From a virus (Duplodnaviria > Caudoviricetes), in IMG/VR virus record IMGVR_UViG_3300037467_001092, positions 1 through 53,880 of that record: a stretch of 53,880 nt of DNA, one strand, 5' to 3'. This document shows positions 18,214 through 27,235 of the stretch, one piece after another. Position 1 is the stretch's first letter, and each line of letters begins with the position of its first letter. Below the pieces are notes generated by a model. It had not been told where the DNA came from. It saw nothing but the letters and a program-made list of their open reading frames with translations, and did not search any database. The position numbers and the translations under genes are program-made.

Positions 18214-18532
18214 AGGCCTGTCACCGCCCGTCCATGACGACGAACCGCAAGCCGGGTTCTTCGCTGTCCGGCGCTTCCGGTACGGCGAGTGGACCAAGGG
18301 TCCGTTCGTCCCTGCCCGCATCTGGTGGGAGGACGGAGAGATCGACCCCGAGACCGGCGAACTTCTCACCGATGAGCGCTGCCGCTGCGAGATCGACGGC
18401 AAGCCCGCAGACCCTTGGAGAACTTGGTCATGGTTAGCCCGGCGACCGATACCCTTGAGCGAGTACGATTGGCTGAAGGCGATGAGCCCGCTGCTGCCCA
18501 CATCGATACCCCCGAAGCGCCGCTCAGCCTGA
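18143..18532 (+). CDS. Conserved phage protein
   Basis: EPQAGFF..GPFVPARIWWE.GEIDPETGELLTDE, precedes the ERF gene. Confidence 0.6.
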   Translation: MWRTTLRQPTSPAAKWAWWEQACEGLSPPVHDDEPQAGFFAVRRFRYGEWTKGPFVPARIWWEDGEIDPETGELLTDERCRCEIDGKPADPWRTWSWLARRPIPLSEYDWLKAMSPLLPTSIPPKRRSA

Positions 18533-19158
18533 AGCAGCGCCTCGCGGCGATCCGCGACGAGTGCGCGAATATCGCTAAGGACAAGATCAAGATGGGGACC
18601 TTTGACATCAAGGGTCACACCTTCGAAGCCGTCCTGTCCGAAGTCCGTCCCCTGCTCCTGAAGCACGGCGTAGACGTGACCCCCAACCTCGCCGAGCGGA
18701 CCTACACCGGAAATCGCTGTGACGTGCTGATCGACTTCACGTTCGAGCGCACCGACGACAGCGACGAAACCCGCGTGATCCGCTGGGGGGGCGCTGGGAC
18801 CGACAACGGCGACAAGGCCTTTGCCAAGGCCGGGACCAACGCGGTCAAGGAGATGCTCAAGAAGCGCTTCCTGATCACCGACCGCGAGGATGCCAAGGAG
18901 GCGGAGGAGGCCGTAGAGCACAAGCCCGAAGGCTCCGGCGGCGCTGTCGTCGAGAAGGCCAAGGAGACGGCGGCGCGCGCGCTCCAGCAATGGGCGTCCA
19001 CGTTCAAGGCCGCGCTGGAGAGCGCCAGCACCACCAAGGAGATTGATCGCCTTCGCGTCGAAAACGCCGACCAGCTAGCGGACGAGCACGTCCCCTCGGT
19101 CACTCGCCAATTCTTCTTCGACCTGATCCAGCGCCGCAAGGCGGAGCTACCCAAGTGA
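18415..19158 (+). CDS. erf: ERF-family single-strand annealing protein (start uncertain)
   Basis: VRPLLLKHGV and GAGTDNGDKAFAKAGTNAVKEMLKKRFLI. Confidence 0.75.
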   Translation: MENLVMVSPATDTLERVRLAEGDEPAAAHIDTPEAPLSLKQRLAAIRDECANIAKDKIKMGTFDIKGHTFEAVLSEVRPLLLKHGVDVTPNLAERTYTGNRCDVLIDFTFERTDDSDETRVIRWGGAGTDNGDKAFAKAGTNAVKEMLKKRFLITDREDAKEAEEAVEHKPEGSGGAVVEKAKETAARALQQWASTFKAALESASTTKEIDRLRVENADQLADEHVPSVTRQFFFDLIQRRKAELPK

Positions 19159-19267
19159 GCCGCCCCCGCTACATGCCCTTCCAGGGCGAGCGCGTGAGCG
19201 TCGAAGAGGGCCGCCGATTTCGCGCGGGAGGTGCTGAACGCCTTCCCCGGAACGGTCGTCACCATTC

Positions 19268-19732
19268 ATGACCCAGAGCCAGACCATGGAACGCAAGGTC
19301 TACACCCTCAAGAACCGGGACACCCGCAACACGGTCGCTCTGATCGTGGGAAGCCTTCCGCTAGGAACGCGGGTGGAGATCGGTGAGGAAACCCGCACCC
19401 AGCGCCAGAACCGGGCCATCCACGGGCTCATCGGCCAGATCATGAAGCAGCGTCCCGTTCACCGCGGGATCGAGATGACCATGGAGGCATATAAAGCCGC
19501 CTTTATGCACGGCCTCGGCCGGGAGATCGACATGATCCCCAGCCTCGACGGCAAGAGCATGGTCCCGCTCGGCCTCAGCACCTCGGCGCTCAGCGTCACC
19601 GACTTCAACCAGTTGATGGAGTTCACGTTGGCCTGGGCGGCGAACGAAGGGCTCACCATTCGGCATTTCGACGGCGGCAGGGACGCGGCGGGTGGGGGCG
19701 AGAGCTCGAAGCCCGCCGCGCGTGCCGCGTGA
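19268..19732 (+). CDS. ninB: NinB/Orf recombination mediator
   Basis: RTQRQNRAIH, PSLDG, STSALSVTDFNQLMEFTLAWA. Confidence 0.8.
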   Translation: MTQSQTMERKVYTLKNRDTRNTVALIVGSLPLGTRVEIGEETRTQRQNRAIHGLIGQIMKQRPVHRGIEMTMEAYKAAFMHGLGREIDMIPSLDGKSMVPLGLSTSALSVTDFNQLMEFTLAWAANEGLTIRHFDGGRDAAGGGESSKPAARAA

Positions 19733-20127
19733 AGCTCCTCCTCGCCCGCGACCTGATCGACGGAACCCCGCGCCAAGGGTTCACGCCTAAGCAACGCCAA
19801 GCCGTCTGGGATGCCTCGGAAGGCCTCTGCTGCGGCTGCGAGGACGCCCTACAGCCCGGTTGGCATTGCGACCACATCCTGCCCCTGGCCCTGAACGGAA
19901 AGCACGACCTGACCAACTGGCAGGCCCTCTGTCCGTCGTGTCACCGGGGCAAGACGAAGTTCGACGTGACACGGATCGCGAAGGCGAAGCGCCAGCGTGG
20001 GCTTGTGGAGGAAATCCAGCCCAGCAAGCGGCCGATCCAGTCCCGCAATGAGTGGCCGAAGGGGTCCAGCTTCCGGCGCAGCGAGACTCACAAGCGGACG
20101 GTCGATGGCCGGGTGGTGCCGAGATGA
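19729..20127 (+). CDS. HNH endonuclease
   Basis: CCGC...DHILPLALNGKHDLTNWQALCPSCHRGKT. Confidence 0.9.
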   Translation: MKLLLARDLIDGTPRQGFTPKQRQAVWDASEGLCCGCEDALQPGWHCDHILPLALNGKHDLTNWQALCPSCHRGKTKFDVTRIAKAKRQRGLVEEIQPSKRPIQSRNEWPKGSSFRRSETHKRTVDGRVVPR

Positions 20128-20294
20128 GTGCCCGTGTCGCGCCCCTGGCTGAGGCCGTCCGCCAATGCATCCCGCGCACGGATGGCGGCTACTGGATCGT
20201 CACCAAGAAATCACACGCGGTGTCTCCCACTGCGATCCCCGAAGGAACCTCCGTCGTCATTCGCGACGGGCAAGCGGTGAGGGCTGTTCGATGA
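20124..20294 (+). CDS. Hypothetical protein
   Basis: ATGA-coupled small ORF (MSARVAPL). Confidence 0.55.
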   Translation: MSARVAPLAEAVRQCIPRTDGGYWIVTKKSHAVSPTAIPEGTSVVIRDGQAVRAVR

Positions 20295-20545
20295 CCGATG
20301 AAGCTCCGAAGAAGCGCAAGCCACGCAAGGTCAAGCCGACGCTCGTTGAGAAGCGTCTGGAGGCCGGCGCCATGATCCTGAAGACGTCCGACCCGGACGC
20401 GCCGCGAGGGGCCTTCTGGACCTTCCTCGACACTGGCCGGGCGGCTCGTGCGGACATCGTGGAGCGGCTGATCCAGGCCGGGAAGCTGAAACCTCGCGGG
20501 GACGGCCTGTTCGGCGATGACGGTCAGACCTGGGGTCTCGCATGA
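20291..20545 (+). CDS. Hypothetical protein
   Basis: MTDEAPKK...LKPRGDGLFGDDGQTW. Confidence 0.6.
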   Translation: MTDEAPKKRKPRKVKPTLVEKRLEAGAMILKTSDPDAPRGAFWTFLDTGRAARADIVERLIQAGKLKPRGDGLFGDDGQTWGLA

Positions 20546-20679
20546 CCCAACCCCAATCCAAGGATGGACGGAGAGAAGATATGGCCGTGATCCCGGGGCC
20601 TACCGAACAACCTGTGGGCCCTCCGGTGCAGTTGCCCGTCGGGTCACCAAACTCCAACGCTGACCTGAAAGGATCGACT

Positions 20680-21627
20680 ATGTGGAACGAGATCAAGCGC
20701 GTTGACGACGACGCCGAGCGGGTCACGAAGTTCGTCTTCTCGAACGAAAGTGCTGTCGCCGAGGCTGTTCTCTACCGCTACCCCACCTACGCGGAGCGTA
20801 CGGTCATCTGCATCTCGACGCAGAGCGGCTGTCCGGTCGGCTGCCGGTTCTGCGGCGCTGGCGATGCGTTCGTTCGTTCGCTCTCGGCCGACGAGATCGT
20901 GTCCCAGGCCGACCATTGCCTCCAGACCGCTTACGAGGCTGAAGGCGTTGTGGCCGCCGACATGGGCCGCCTCCAGATCATGTTCATGTCGATGGGCGAG
21001 CCGCTCCTCAACATGAAGGCGCTCGCCCCGGCCATCCGGCGGCTGCACGGCATGTATCCGAACGCGGCGCTGCTGATCTCCACGTCGGCGCCCAAGACGG
21101 ACTACGAGGCCGTCAACGCCCTGTCGGTCGAGGTTCCCACGGTCGGCTTGCAATTTTCCGTCCACGAGTCCACCGACGCCGCCCGCGACCTCCTTGTGCC
21201 GTTCAAGGCGAAGCTGACGCTGGAGGAGATCGCCCGGGCTGGGGAGCGATGGTTCGCCGAGACTGGCCGCCACCCGTTCTTCAACTACTGCGCCCACGAC
21301 GGAAATAGCTCCTACGAAGACGCCCGCCGCCTTCTGGTGCTGTTCGACCCGCGCGTCTGGTGCGCCACCGTCTCGGTCGTCTGTGAGCGTAACGAGGGCT
21401 TGCCAGCGACGAACGATCATCAGCGGAGCCTCGCGATCGACTTCGGCAACGCCCTTGCTGGCTGTGGCTATGACGTACGCGTCTTCGATCCGGCTGGCCA
21501 AGACACCATCGGCGGCGGCTGCGGCCAACTCTGGTTCGTGCAGGACTGGCTGAGGACGCGACCCGACCTTGCCAGGCCCTCCATCGGCGCTGGGAAGCCA
21601 GTCGTTCACGCTCCCGCCGCCGCATAA
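20680..21627 (+). CDS. RlmN/Cfr-type radical SAM methyltransferase
   Basis: TVICISTQSGCPVGCRFC (CxxxCxxC plus upstream Cys), MSMGEPLLN, SVH, GGCGQL. SD GAAAGGA before ATG 20680; the frame is open back to 20542. Confidence 0.88.
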   Translation: MWNEIKRVDDDAERVTKFVFSNESAVAEAVLYRYPTYAERTVICISTQSGCPVGCRFCGAGDAFVRSLSADEIVSQADHCLQTAYEAEGVVAADMGRLQIMFMSMGEPLLNMKALAPAIRRLHGMYPNAALLISTSAPKTDYEAVNALSVEVPTVGLQFSVHESTDAARDLLVPFKAKLTLEEIARAGERWFAETGRHPFFNYCAHDGNSSYEDARRLLVLFDPRVWCATVSVVCERNEGLPATNDHQRSLAIDFGNALAGCGYDVRVFDPAGQDTIGGGCGQLWFVQDWLRTRPDLARPSIGAGKPVVHAPAAA

Positions 21628-21694
21628 TTCAGACCGCTGCCACGCCCGAAGTTGCGGCGAAGCCGTCGCCCCAATCGCAGAACTAGAGGCCATC

Positions 21695-21943
21695 ATGACC
21701 CCTACCAAGAAGGAAGCTGCTGGGCTGGAGCAAGCGCGCAACCCCGGAAACCTCGATGACATCCGCATCTGCGCGGAGGAGATCGTCGAGTGCTCAGGCC
21801 TGACCCGAGGTCAGTTCGAGCTTGAGGGACCGGCAGTTCTGATGGCGCGGCTCGATACGGTTTCGACGCTGGCGAAGGACATCCTGCAAACCCTGGCTGC
21901 TCACCAAGAGCGCCACGCCGAGGCTCACGCCAATGACCGCTGA
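21695..21943 (+). CDS. Hypothetical protein
   Basis: MTPTKKEAAG, SD GAGG. Confidence 0.6.
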   Translation: MTPTKKEAAGLEQARNPGNLDDIRICAEEIVECSGLTRGQFELEGPAVLMARLDTVSTLAKDILQTLAAHQERHAEAHANDR

Positions 21944-22568
21944 CCTGCAAAGCTGCCCGTTCTGCGGGAACCGCGCTGACGTCGGAAACTACATCGTCGA
22001 GGCCTGCGCCAAGTGCGTCGGTTGCGGCGCCGCGATCACTCGACGCCACGCGGCTGAATGGGACAGCGGCGTCCCTGCCGCCATCGCCGCATGGAACCAA
22101 CGCCCCCTCCCCGTCTCTGCCCCGGCTGCTGGGGTGGAGGAAGCGGTTGCGTTCCTGAGCGAGGCGCTGAACTTCGCCTACCGGCACGGCCTGCATGAGC
22201 CGGGCTACAATCCACTGACCGCCATGCTCTCCGCCCTTCCTGTGTCTGTGGGTGGGGATGGTTCATCCGTTGCTGGATTGCCTGCGCACGTTGCTACGCA
22301 TGGCTCCGCAACGGCGACGGATACTCAGCACTCCGCTGGATGGGCGCTGCCGGAACCGCCCCAGACCATTACGTTGCACACGCCGATCACGGGCGGCATG
22401 GCGCATGAGGAAGTCGTCGCTCTATTCGACAAGTACGCCGGTTATCGGCCGCCGACGATCCTGCGGGATGAGTTGGTCGCCTTCTATGTCTGGGCTCGCT
22501 ACGGCGAGAAGGTAGCTGCCCTCGCTGCAACTGCTCCCCAGAAGAAGCCGGAAGGGGAAGGGTCGTGA
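21933..22568 (+). CDS. Lar-like restriction alleviation domain fused to further modules
   Basis: LQSCPFCG...CVGCGA...AIAAWNQR. Confidence 0.7.
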   Translation: MTADLQSCPFCGNRADVGNYIVEACAKCVGCGAAITRRHAAEWDSGVPAAIAAWNQRPLPVSAPAAGVEEAVAFLSEALNFAYRHGLHEPGYNPLTAMLSALPVSVGGDGSSVAGLPAHVATHGSATATDTQHSAGWALPEPPQTITLHTPITGGMAHEEVVALFDKYAGYRPPTILRDELVAFYVWARYGEKVAALAATAPQKKPEGEGS

Positions 22569-22900
22569 GCCCCGACGAGATCAGGAGCTACAAGGCCAGT
22601 GGTCGCTCTGGCCGGCACCTCGCCGAGACTGGCGCGGTCGGCTATCGCTACACGGTCGGATACATCACCACTCCGTACGGCGTGGTTGGCATCTACATGG
22701 AGCGAAACCACACCTCGGCCGTGATCGTGCTTGGCGGTCGCGAGCACCGAGGCTTCTGGCGCCGGGATTTCACCGAACGCGGTCTCGTCGCCGCCTGCAG
22801 GCGCTTCGCCGCCCGGATGGCCGATAGCAAGGATGGCACCACTGAACGCCCGGGGACAGATCCCGGGAGGCCCCAAACCCCTTCCTCCGAGGGCGAGTAG
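22565..22900 (+). CDS. Hypothetical protein ending in a boundary element
   Basis: GTGA-coupled; the C-terminus KDGTTERPG is encoded by the repeat. Confidence 0.6.
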   Translation: MSPDEIRSYKASGRSGRHLAETGAVGYRYTVGYITTPYGVVGIYMERNHTSAVIVLGGREHRGFWRRDFTERGLVAACRRFAARMADSKDGTTERPGTDPGRPQTPSSEGE

Positions 22901-22901
22901 C

Positions 22902-23135
22902 ATGGGCGAGAAGATCACGAAGGCCATGCGGGCCTGCCTCAACTATTATCTGACCAACGAGCTCAACCCCGTGAGGGTACAGCGACCGCCATATGCCTGG
23001 ACGACCCGCCAGTTGAACTCAGCGCTGGACCGAAGTTGGCTGTGTGTCGGCCCTGGCGGTTGGCACATTCTCACCCCCGTCGGTCGTGCGGCCCTGTCGG
23101 AGGGCGACAACCTCAACTCAGGAAAGGAAGACTGA
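22902..23135 (+). CDS. Hypothetical winged-helix-like protein
   Basis: MGEKITKAM...HILTPVGRAAL. Confidence 0.55.
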   Translation: MGEKITKAMRACLNYYLTNELNPVRVQRPPYAWTTRQLNSALDRSWLCVGPGGWHILTPVGRAALSEGDNLNSGKED

Positions 23136-23238
23136 TGTACCGCTATCTGATGAATCTGGTGGACCCCACCGTGACCGTTCACGGGGGTCGCACCGTCGCC
23201 AAGATCTCATTCTGGCGCCGCCTGCTAGGTCGGGGCGC

Positions 23239-24003
23239 ATGACCACCCACCTGAACGGGGCGGACTACGCCGAACTGCGACGGATCGCGGAGACCCTCAA
23301 AGGCTATCCGCTTATTGTATCGGACCCGAACAGCCTGACGGCCCTACGCTCGATCATGAGCTCGGCGTCCGCGGGTCTCCTCTCGATGCTGGAAGCCCTG
23401 GAAGCCGCCGAGCGGGAGCGGGACGAAGCGCGAGCCGCGCTGGCCTACGTGCTCGATCACGCCGTTTACAGCGACAGCTACGGCGTACACGGCAGCGACT
23501 TCACGTGCTGCCACTTCTGCCAAGGCGGCGGTGCTCCCGGCGTAGCCTTGGAGCACGATGCAGACTGTCCAGTCGGACGGTACCCCCGCGCCGTGGCGGA
23601 TTGGTTCGAGGAAATGGAGGCGGAGCGAGCCGACCGCGAAGCCGCCGAGTCCAAGGTCTCCGATCTAGAGCGGGAGCTGTCCAAGTTCATGGACCTGTAT
23701 GACGCCGCTCGTGGTGACGTCGTAACGCTCGAAGTCCGCCAGGAAGCCGCCGAGCGACAGCTTGGAGAGGTGCGGGGAGCAGTGTTCGGTATCGCCGACG
23801 ACTACATGACGAGCGAGAACCATCATCCCGGCTACGTGCTCATCCCCGTGGAAAAGTTCGAGCGGCTTCGAAGCTTTGGCGAGGCCCCGGCCCTGTTGTC
23901 TTCCCTTCCCTGTGGAGGAGATGAGGGTTCATCCGTTGCCGAGAGCGGAAGTACGGCTTCGCCGAAATCCGATGGGCTCTGCAAGTCGGAAGGTGAAGAC
24001 TGA
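23239..24003 (+). CDS. Ead/Ea22-like coiled-coil accessory protein with Cys/His motif
   Basis: LLSMLEALEAAERERDEAR and CHFC...EHDADCP. Confidence 0.55.
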   Translation: MTTHLNGADYAELRRIAETLKGYPLIVSDPNSLTALRSIMSSASAGLLSMLEALEAAERERDEARAALAYVLDHAVYSDSYGVHGSDFTCCHFCQGGGAPGVALEHDADCPVGRYPRAVADWFEEMEAERADREAAESKVSDLERELSKFMDLYDAARGDVVTLEVRQEAAERQLGEVRGAVFGIADDYMTSENHHPGYVLIPVEKFERLRSFGEAPALLSSLPCGGDEGSSVAESGSTASPKSDGLCKSEGED

Positions 24004-24788
24004 TGCCCGGCGTGAACAACTGGCGCGTGGGCCTCCCGTGGCCAAAAGAACACCTCGACTTGGAGGACATCGGCGACGTCGAGTACCTCTATGAGGACGA
24101 TGACGGCGCGACGAAGAACAGCTTCGATCAAGGACGCGCCTTGGCCGCGATGCTCCTGGCCGAAGCCATCTTTCTGAACTCCAACTGGTGGTTCAGCTCC
24201 TGGCCTGACGAAGCCAAGAAAACAGTCGCTCTCTGCGTAAACACGAATGACGTGTTCGCCTGGGGGTGTGCTGACGCCGAGAACATCACCTACGATCAGA
24301 TTGAAGAGGTCTATCGATACTGGGCGAAAGACCCGCAGTGGGGCACCGCAATCTGGGCCATCATAAACGCCAAAGAACTTCCGCAGCGCCCAGTGGCGGA
24401 CTCCATCCGGAAGGCCGGCATCTGGGACCTTGACGCGTTAACTGCCGAGCATGGACTTCGTGCCAACCACTACGACGGAGTGAGCCGCGTTCTGGCGCTC
24501 CATAAGTACGAGGCGTTTTGCGCCTGGGCCGCGAGGACCGGCCGCGAAGTTCTCGAGTTCACGTCTGGTTGGTGGGCTGGCTGGAAAGAGTACACGGCCG
24601 CCAACCCAGGTTGGTACGATGACGCCTGGAAGGCCGAAGACGACCGACGCGCCGATGCGTTCAAGGTTGAGAACGGCTTCTCGGCGCCCTCCAGCGAAGC
24701 TGTGAGCCCGCAGTCCGAGCCGCAGGCGAGTGCAGGCAATCTTCCACCGGATGAACCTTCAAATCCTGATCCTAAGGTGCAGCCGTGA
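24003..24788 (+). CDS. Trp-rich hypothetical protein
   Basis: 261 aa, VNTNDVFAWGCADAE, TGATG-coupled. Confidence 0.7.
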   Translation: MPGVNNWRVGLPWPKEHLDLEDIGDVEYLYEDDDGATKNSFDQGRALAAMLLAEAIFLNSNWWFSSWPDEAKKTVALCVNTNDVFAWGCADAENITYDQIEEVYRYWAKDPQWGTAIWAIINAKELPQRPVADSIRKAGIWDLDALTAEHGLRANHYDGVSRVLALHKYEAFCAWAARTGREVLEFTSGWWAGWKEYTAANPGWYDDAWKAEDDRRADAFKVENGFSAPSSEAVSPQSEPQASAGNLPPDEPSNPDPKVQP

Positions 24789-25135
24789 GCGCCTTCGAAC
24801 TCCGGACGATCAGCGACAAGGAGGCCGCTGACCGGCTGGGCTTCAACGTGCGCGCCCTGCGTCCAATCCTTGACCAGAACGCGCTCTGCCTTCGTCATGG
24901 TCGCCAGCGTCGCCTCACCGAGGCCGACTTCGTTCGCCTGCAAACCCTGCTGAGGCCGGAATGCCCATCAAGCCCTATCTCCGTCCGAATGGGATCTACC
25001 ACCTCCGGGGCACGGTCCAAGGCGTACGTGTCGACGAAAGCGCGCGAACGTCTAGCCGAAGCGAAGCTGAAGCGCTCGCGGCCAAAATGTCGGCGGACAT
25101 CTTCAAGCGGGCTGTCTACGGCGACAAGGCTGTAG
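24785..25135 (+). CDS. Putative excisionase
   Basis: HTH-like ISDKEAADRLGFNVRAL..GRQRRL, overlaps the integrase 5' end. Confidence 0.55.
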   Translation: MSAFELRTISDKEAADRLGFNVRALRPILDQNALCLRHGRQRRLTEADFVRLQTLLRPECPSSPISVRMGSTTSGARSKAYVSTKARERLAEAKLKRSRPKCRRTSSSGLSTATRL

Positions 25136-26016
25136 CGACCTTCGATGAGGCGGTTGTCGTCTATCTCGATGCCGGCGGAGCGCCTGAACACCTAGACGCC
25201 ATCATGGACCGGATCGGGCAACGCAAGCTGTCCGAGATCAACCAGCCCTTGGTGGACAAGCTGGCCCGCGAGCTGAAGCCGGACGCCAGCCCCGCCACTA
25301 GGCTGCGTCAGGTCTACACCCCCATCCTTGCCGTCATGAATGCCGCCTGTGGCGCCGGTCTCTGCGACCCGATCCGGCTGAAGAAGCCGAAGGTCTCGGG
25401 CGGCCGGACGGAGTACCTGACCCCTCAGGAGGCTGAGGACTGGCTAGCCGCCCTCCCCGCACATCTCCGCCGCATCGTGACGTTCTATCTCGGCACCGGT
25501 TGCCGCGCGACGGAAGGCCTCTCGCTGATCTGGAAGGACGTCACCCTGGGGGAGCGCCGGGCGGTCTTCTGGGACACCAAGGAGGACTACGCCCGCGGCG
25601 TGGATCTGGGCAAGCGGGTGCGCAAGGAACTGCCGAAGCGCGCGGACAAGTCCGACATGCTGGTGTTCCTCAACTCGAAGGGCGTGCCATGGCACGGCTA
25701 CGACGCGATCAACCTGATGCTCAAGCGCGTCAGGGCCAGACGGGAGAAGCAGATTGCGGAGGGGGCCAGACTGCCGCCGCTCGCGCCCGCGCATTGCCAC
25801 TTGTTCCGCCACACCTGGGCGACGTGGGCCTATGCCTGCACGCGGGACATGACCTACCTCATGAGCCAGGGCGGATGGAAAACCGCGTCCATGGTCATGC
25901 GCTACGCACACGTCGGGACGGACGATCTCGCACGTGCGGTTCTGGAGGCGGGTTGGGAGTTCGGCGGCAAGGAACTGCCGCTCCCTCCGGCCGGCAAGCG
26001 CAAGGCTTCTCGATGA
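24961..26016 (+). CDS. int: Tyrosine integrase
   Basis: TGCRATE, HLFRHTWA, GGWK, MRYAH catalytic residues, adjacent att core. Confidence 0.95.
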   Translation: MPIKPYLRPNGIYHLRGTVQGVRVDESARTSSRSEAEALAAKMSADIFKRAVYGDKAVATFDEAVVVYLDAGGAPEHLDAIMDRIGQRKLSEINQPLVDKLARELKPDASPATRLRQVYTPILAVMNAACGAGLCDPIRLKKPKVSGGRTEYLTPQEAEDWLAALPAHLRRIVTFYLGTGCRATEGLSLIWKDVTLGERRAVFWDTKEDYARGVDLGKRVRKELPKRADKSDMLVFLNSKGVPWHGYDAINLMLKRVRARREKQIAEGARLPPLAPAHCHLFRHTWATWAYACTRDMTYLMSQGGWKTASMVMRYAHVGTDDLARAVLEAGWEFGGKELPLPPAGKRKASR

Positions 26017-26101
26017 GGGGCCTTGGGAGGAATTTGGGAACACGATCCTGGGAGGTCGGATTTCCCGTGCAAGATCAGTTGCTTGCAGAAACGCACGCCC
26101 A

Positions 26102-26148
26102 CCTTGGTAAGGCTGAGGTCGGCAGTTCAATCCTGCCCGGCGGCACCA
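26102..26148 (+). other. att core: 3' half of tRNA-Thr(GGT)
   Basis: CCTTGGTAAGGCTGAGGTCGGCAGTTCAATCCTGCCCGGCGGCACCA has anticodon loop, T arm and CCA but no D arm. TGGGA(G/A) arm-type repeats lie at 26023-26054 and 26256-26272. Confidence 0.9.
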
Positions 26149-26180
26149 CTATTTTCCCTTGTAGTTCAAGGGACTTAGAC

Positions 26181-26213
26181 AACCCGGAGGCCAGAAATGG
26201 TTCTCCGGGTTTT
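26181..26213 (+). terminator. Intrinsic terminator supplied downstream of the tRNA core
   Basis: AACCCGGAG-GCCAGAAATGGTT-CTCCGGGTTTT. Confidence 0.8.
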
Positions 26214-26227
26214 GTCGTTTCGGGCGT

Positions 26228-26242
26228 GAACGCGTCGAGAAC
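26228..26242. promoter_or_regulatory. Alphaproteobacterial LexA-type box in the att arm
   Basis: GAAC-GCGTCGA-GAAC. Confidence 0.45.
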
Positions 26243-26279
26243 ATCAGCCTCGGCTTGGGAGATTCGTGGGAGGCCGCTT

Positions 26280-26462
26280 TCAGCCTCCGCGTCTCTTCAG
26301 CTCATTTTCCACGGCCTCGCGGATGAAGGCCGCCATGCGGTTCTGGCCGGCGACCGCTTCAATGCGGCGCATAATGTCACCGGTCAGTCGCACTGCCGTT
26401 GTGATGGTCTTCTCGCCGGCCTTGAGTGGAGGTCGCCCCATTCTCGCGGCTGTATCCGTCAT
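26280..26462 (-). CDS. Ribbon-helix-helix regulator (Arc/CopG-like)
   Basis: MGRPPL..TTAVRLTGDIMRRIEAVAGQNRMAAFIREAVENEL. Confidence 0.75.
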   Translation of the reverse strand: MTDTAARMGRPPLKAGEKTITTAVRLTGDIMRRIEAVAGQNRMAAFIREAVENELKRRGG

Positions 26463-26492
26463 CGGAAAATCACTCAAGGGCTCCACCGTTTC

Positions 26493-26548
26493 CGTTATCG
26501 CTTATTGACACCAGTAAGCGTCATCGCTTATATAACCGTCATCGCTTA
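26493..26548 (+). promoter_or_regulatory. Strong sigma70 promoter with three 12-bp direct-repeat operators
   Basis: TTGACA 26505, TATATA 26529, CGT(C/T)ATCGCTTA at 26493, 26519 and 26537, SD AAGGAGG. Confidence 0.8.
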
Positions 26549-26561
26549 AGGAGGCAAGCAG

Positions 26562-26729
26562 ATGACCCGCCAGGAAGTCATGGAGACGCTGAAAGCTGCA
26601 CAGGAGCGCGTCGCCAACGAGACGCTACCGCTGGCGGTCCGCATTCGATCCAAGGAGACGGTCGCGCTATGCGAAGAGCGCATCAGGCAAGATGCCGCTC
26701 TCTCCGCCGAACGTGCGGGGGCGAAGTGA
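26562..26729 (+). CDS. Small helical protein, first gene of the RHH-controlled operon
   Basis: MTRQEVMETLKAAQERV (55 aa), perfect SD. Confidence 0.7.
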   Translation: MTRQEVMETLKAAQERVANETLPLAVRIRSKETVALCEERIRQDAALSAERAGAK

Positions 26730-26971
26730 TGCCGTCCGCCCACCATGACGGCTACCGGGTCAGCGACGACCGGTCGTCGCCCAAGCCCCGCGAATCCGAC
26801 CCAGGCCGTAGCATCGCCCTGATCGCCCTGGACAACGCCGGCTACCAGCCCGGCCTGATGCTGGAGGCGATCATCCACCACGCCTTCGATCAGCTGTGCT
26901 GGCATCGGACCACGCCTGAACTTGAGGCCTTCATCGAGGGCCTGCGCGAACTGATGTCGGAGGACGCCTGA
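26729..26971 (+). CDS. Hypothetical protein
   Basis: TGATG-coupled, MPSAHHDG. Confidence 0.6.
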   Translation: MPSAHHDGYRVSDDRSSPKPRESDPGRSIALIALDNAGYQPGLMLEAIIHHAFDQLCWHRTTPELEAFIEGLRELMSEDA

Positions 26972-26972
26972 C

Positions 26973-27200
26973 ATGACAGCCGAGGACTACAAGCGCGCTG
27001 CCGAACTGCTTAAGGACCCCGATAGCGAGGACAATGAGCGCTTTGCCAGTTGGTACGGCAACCACCTCCTGACTGTCGCTCAGAACGCCAGCCACGCCAT
27101 TCGGGACCTAGTGGCGCTGATCGAGAGCGTGGCGCCCGAGTACTTGGAATCGACCGTAGTGGCTAACGCTCGTGCCGCTCTGGCAGAAGCCGAGCGGTGA
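26973..27200 (+). CDS. Hypothetical protein
   Basis: 75 aa, SD GGAGG. Confidence 0.6.
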   Translation: MTAEDYKRAAELLKDPDSEDNERFASWYGNHLLTVAQNASHAIRDLVALIESVAPEYLESTVVANARAALAEAER

Positions 27201-27235
27201 TCTCTCCCTCTCCCCCGAACGCTCTGGAGTGAAGA

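Larger units (their letters stand above)
1..26148. mobile_element. Right part of temperate P22-like prophage A (head, terminase, replication, immunity, integrase, att core)
   Basis: Continuous phage gene set ending at the integrase and tRNA-Thr 3' half. Treating it as a separate element rests on the diverged second head module at 46483-53880. Confidence 0.7.

Noticed and set aside
20680-21627. Naming the gene cfr or rlmN
   Set aside because: Motifs give the family only; C2 versus C8 specificity and substrate cannot be read from the sequence.
26070-26148. Complete tRNA-Thr gene
   Set aside because: The 5' acceptor strand and D arm are absent; only the att core is present.
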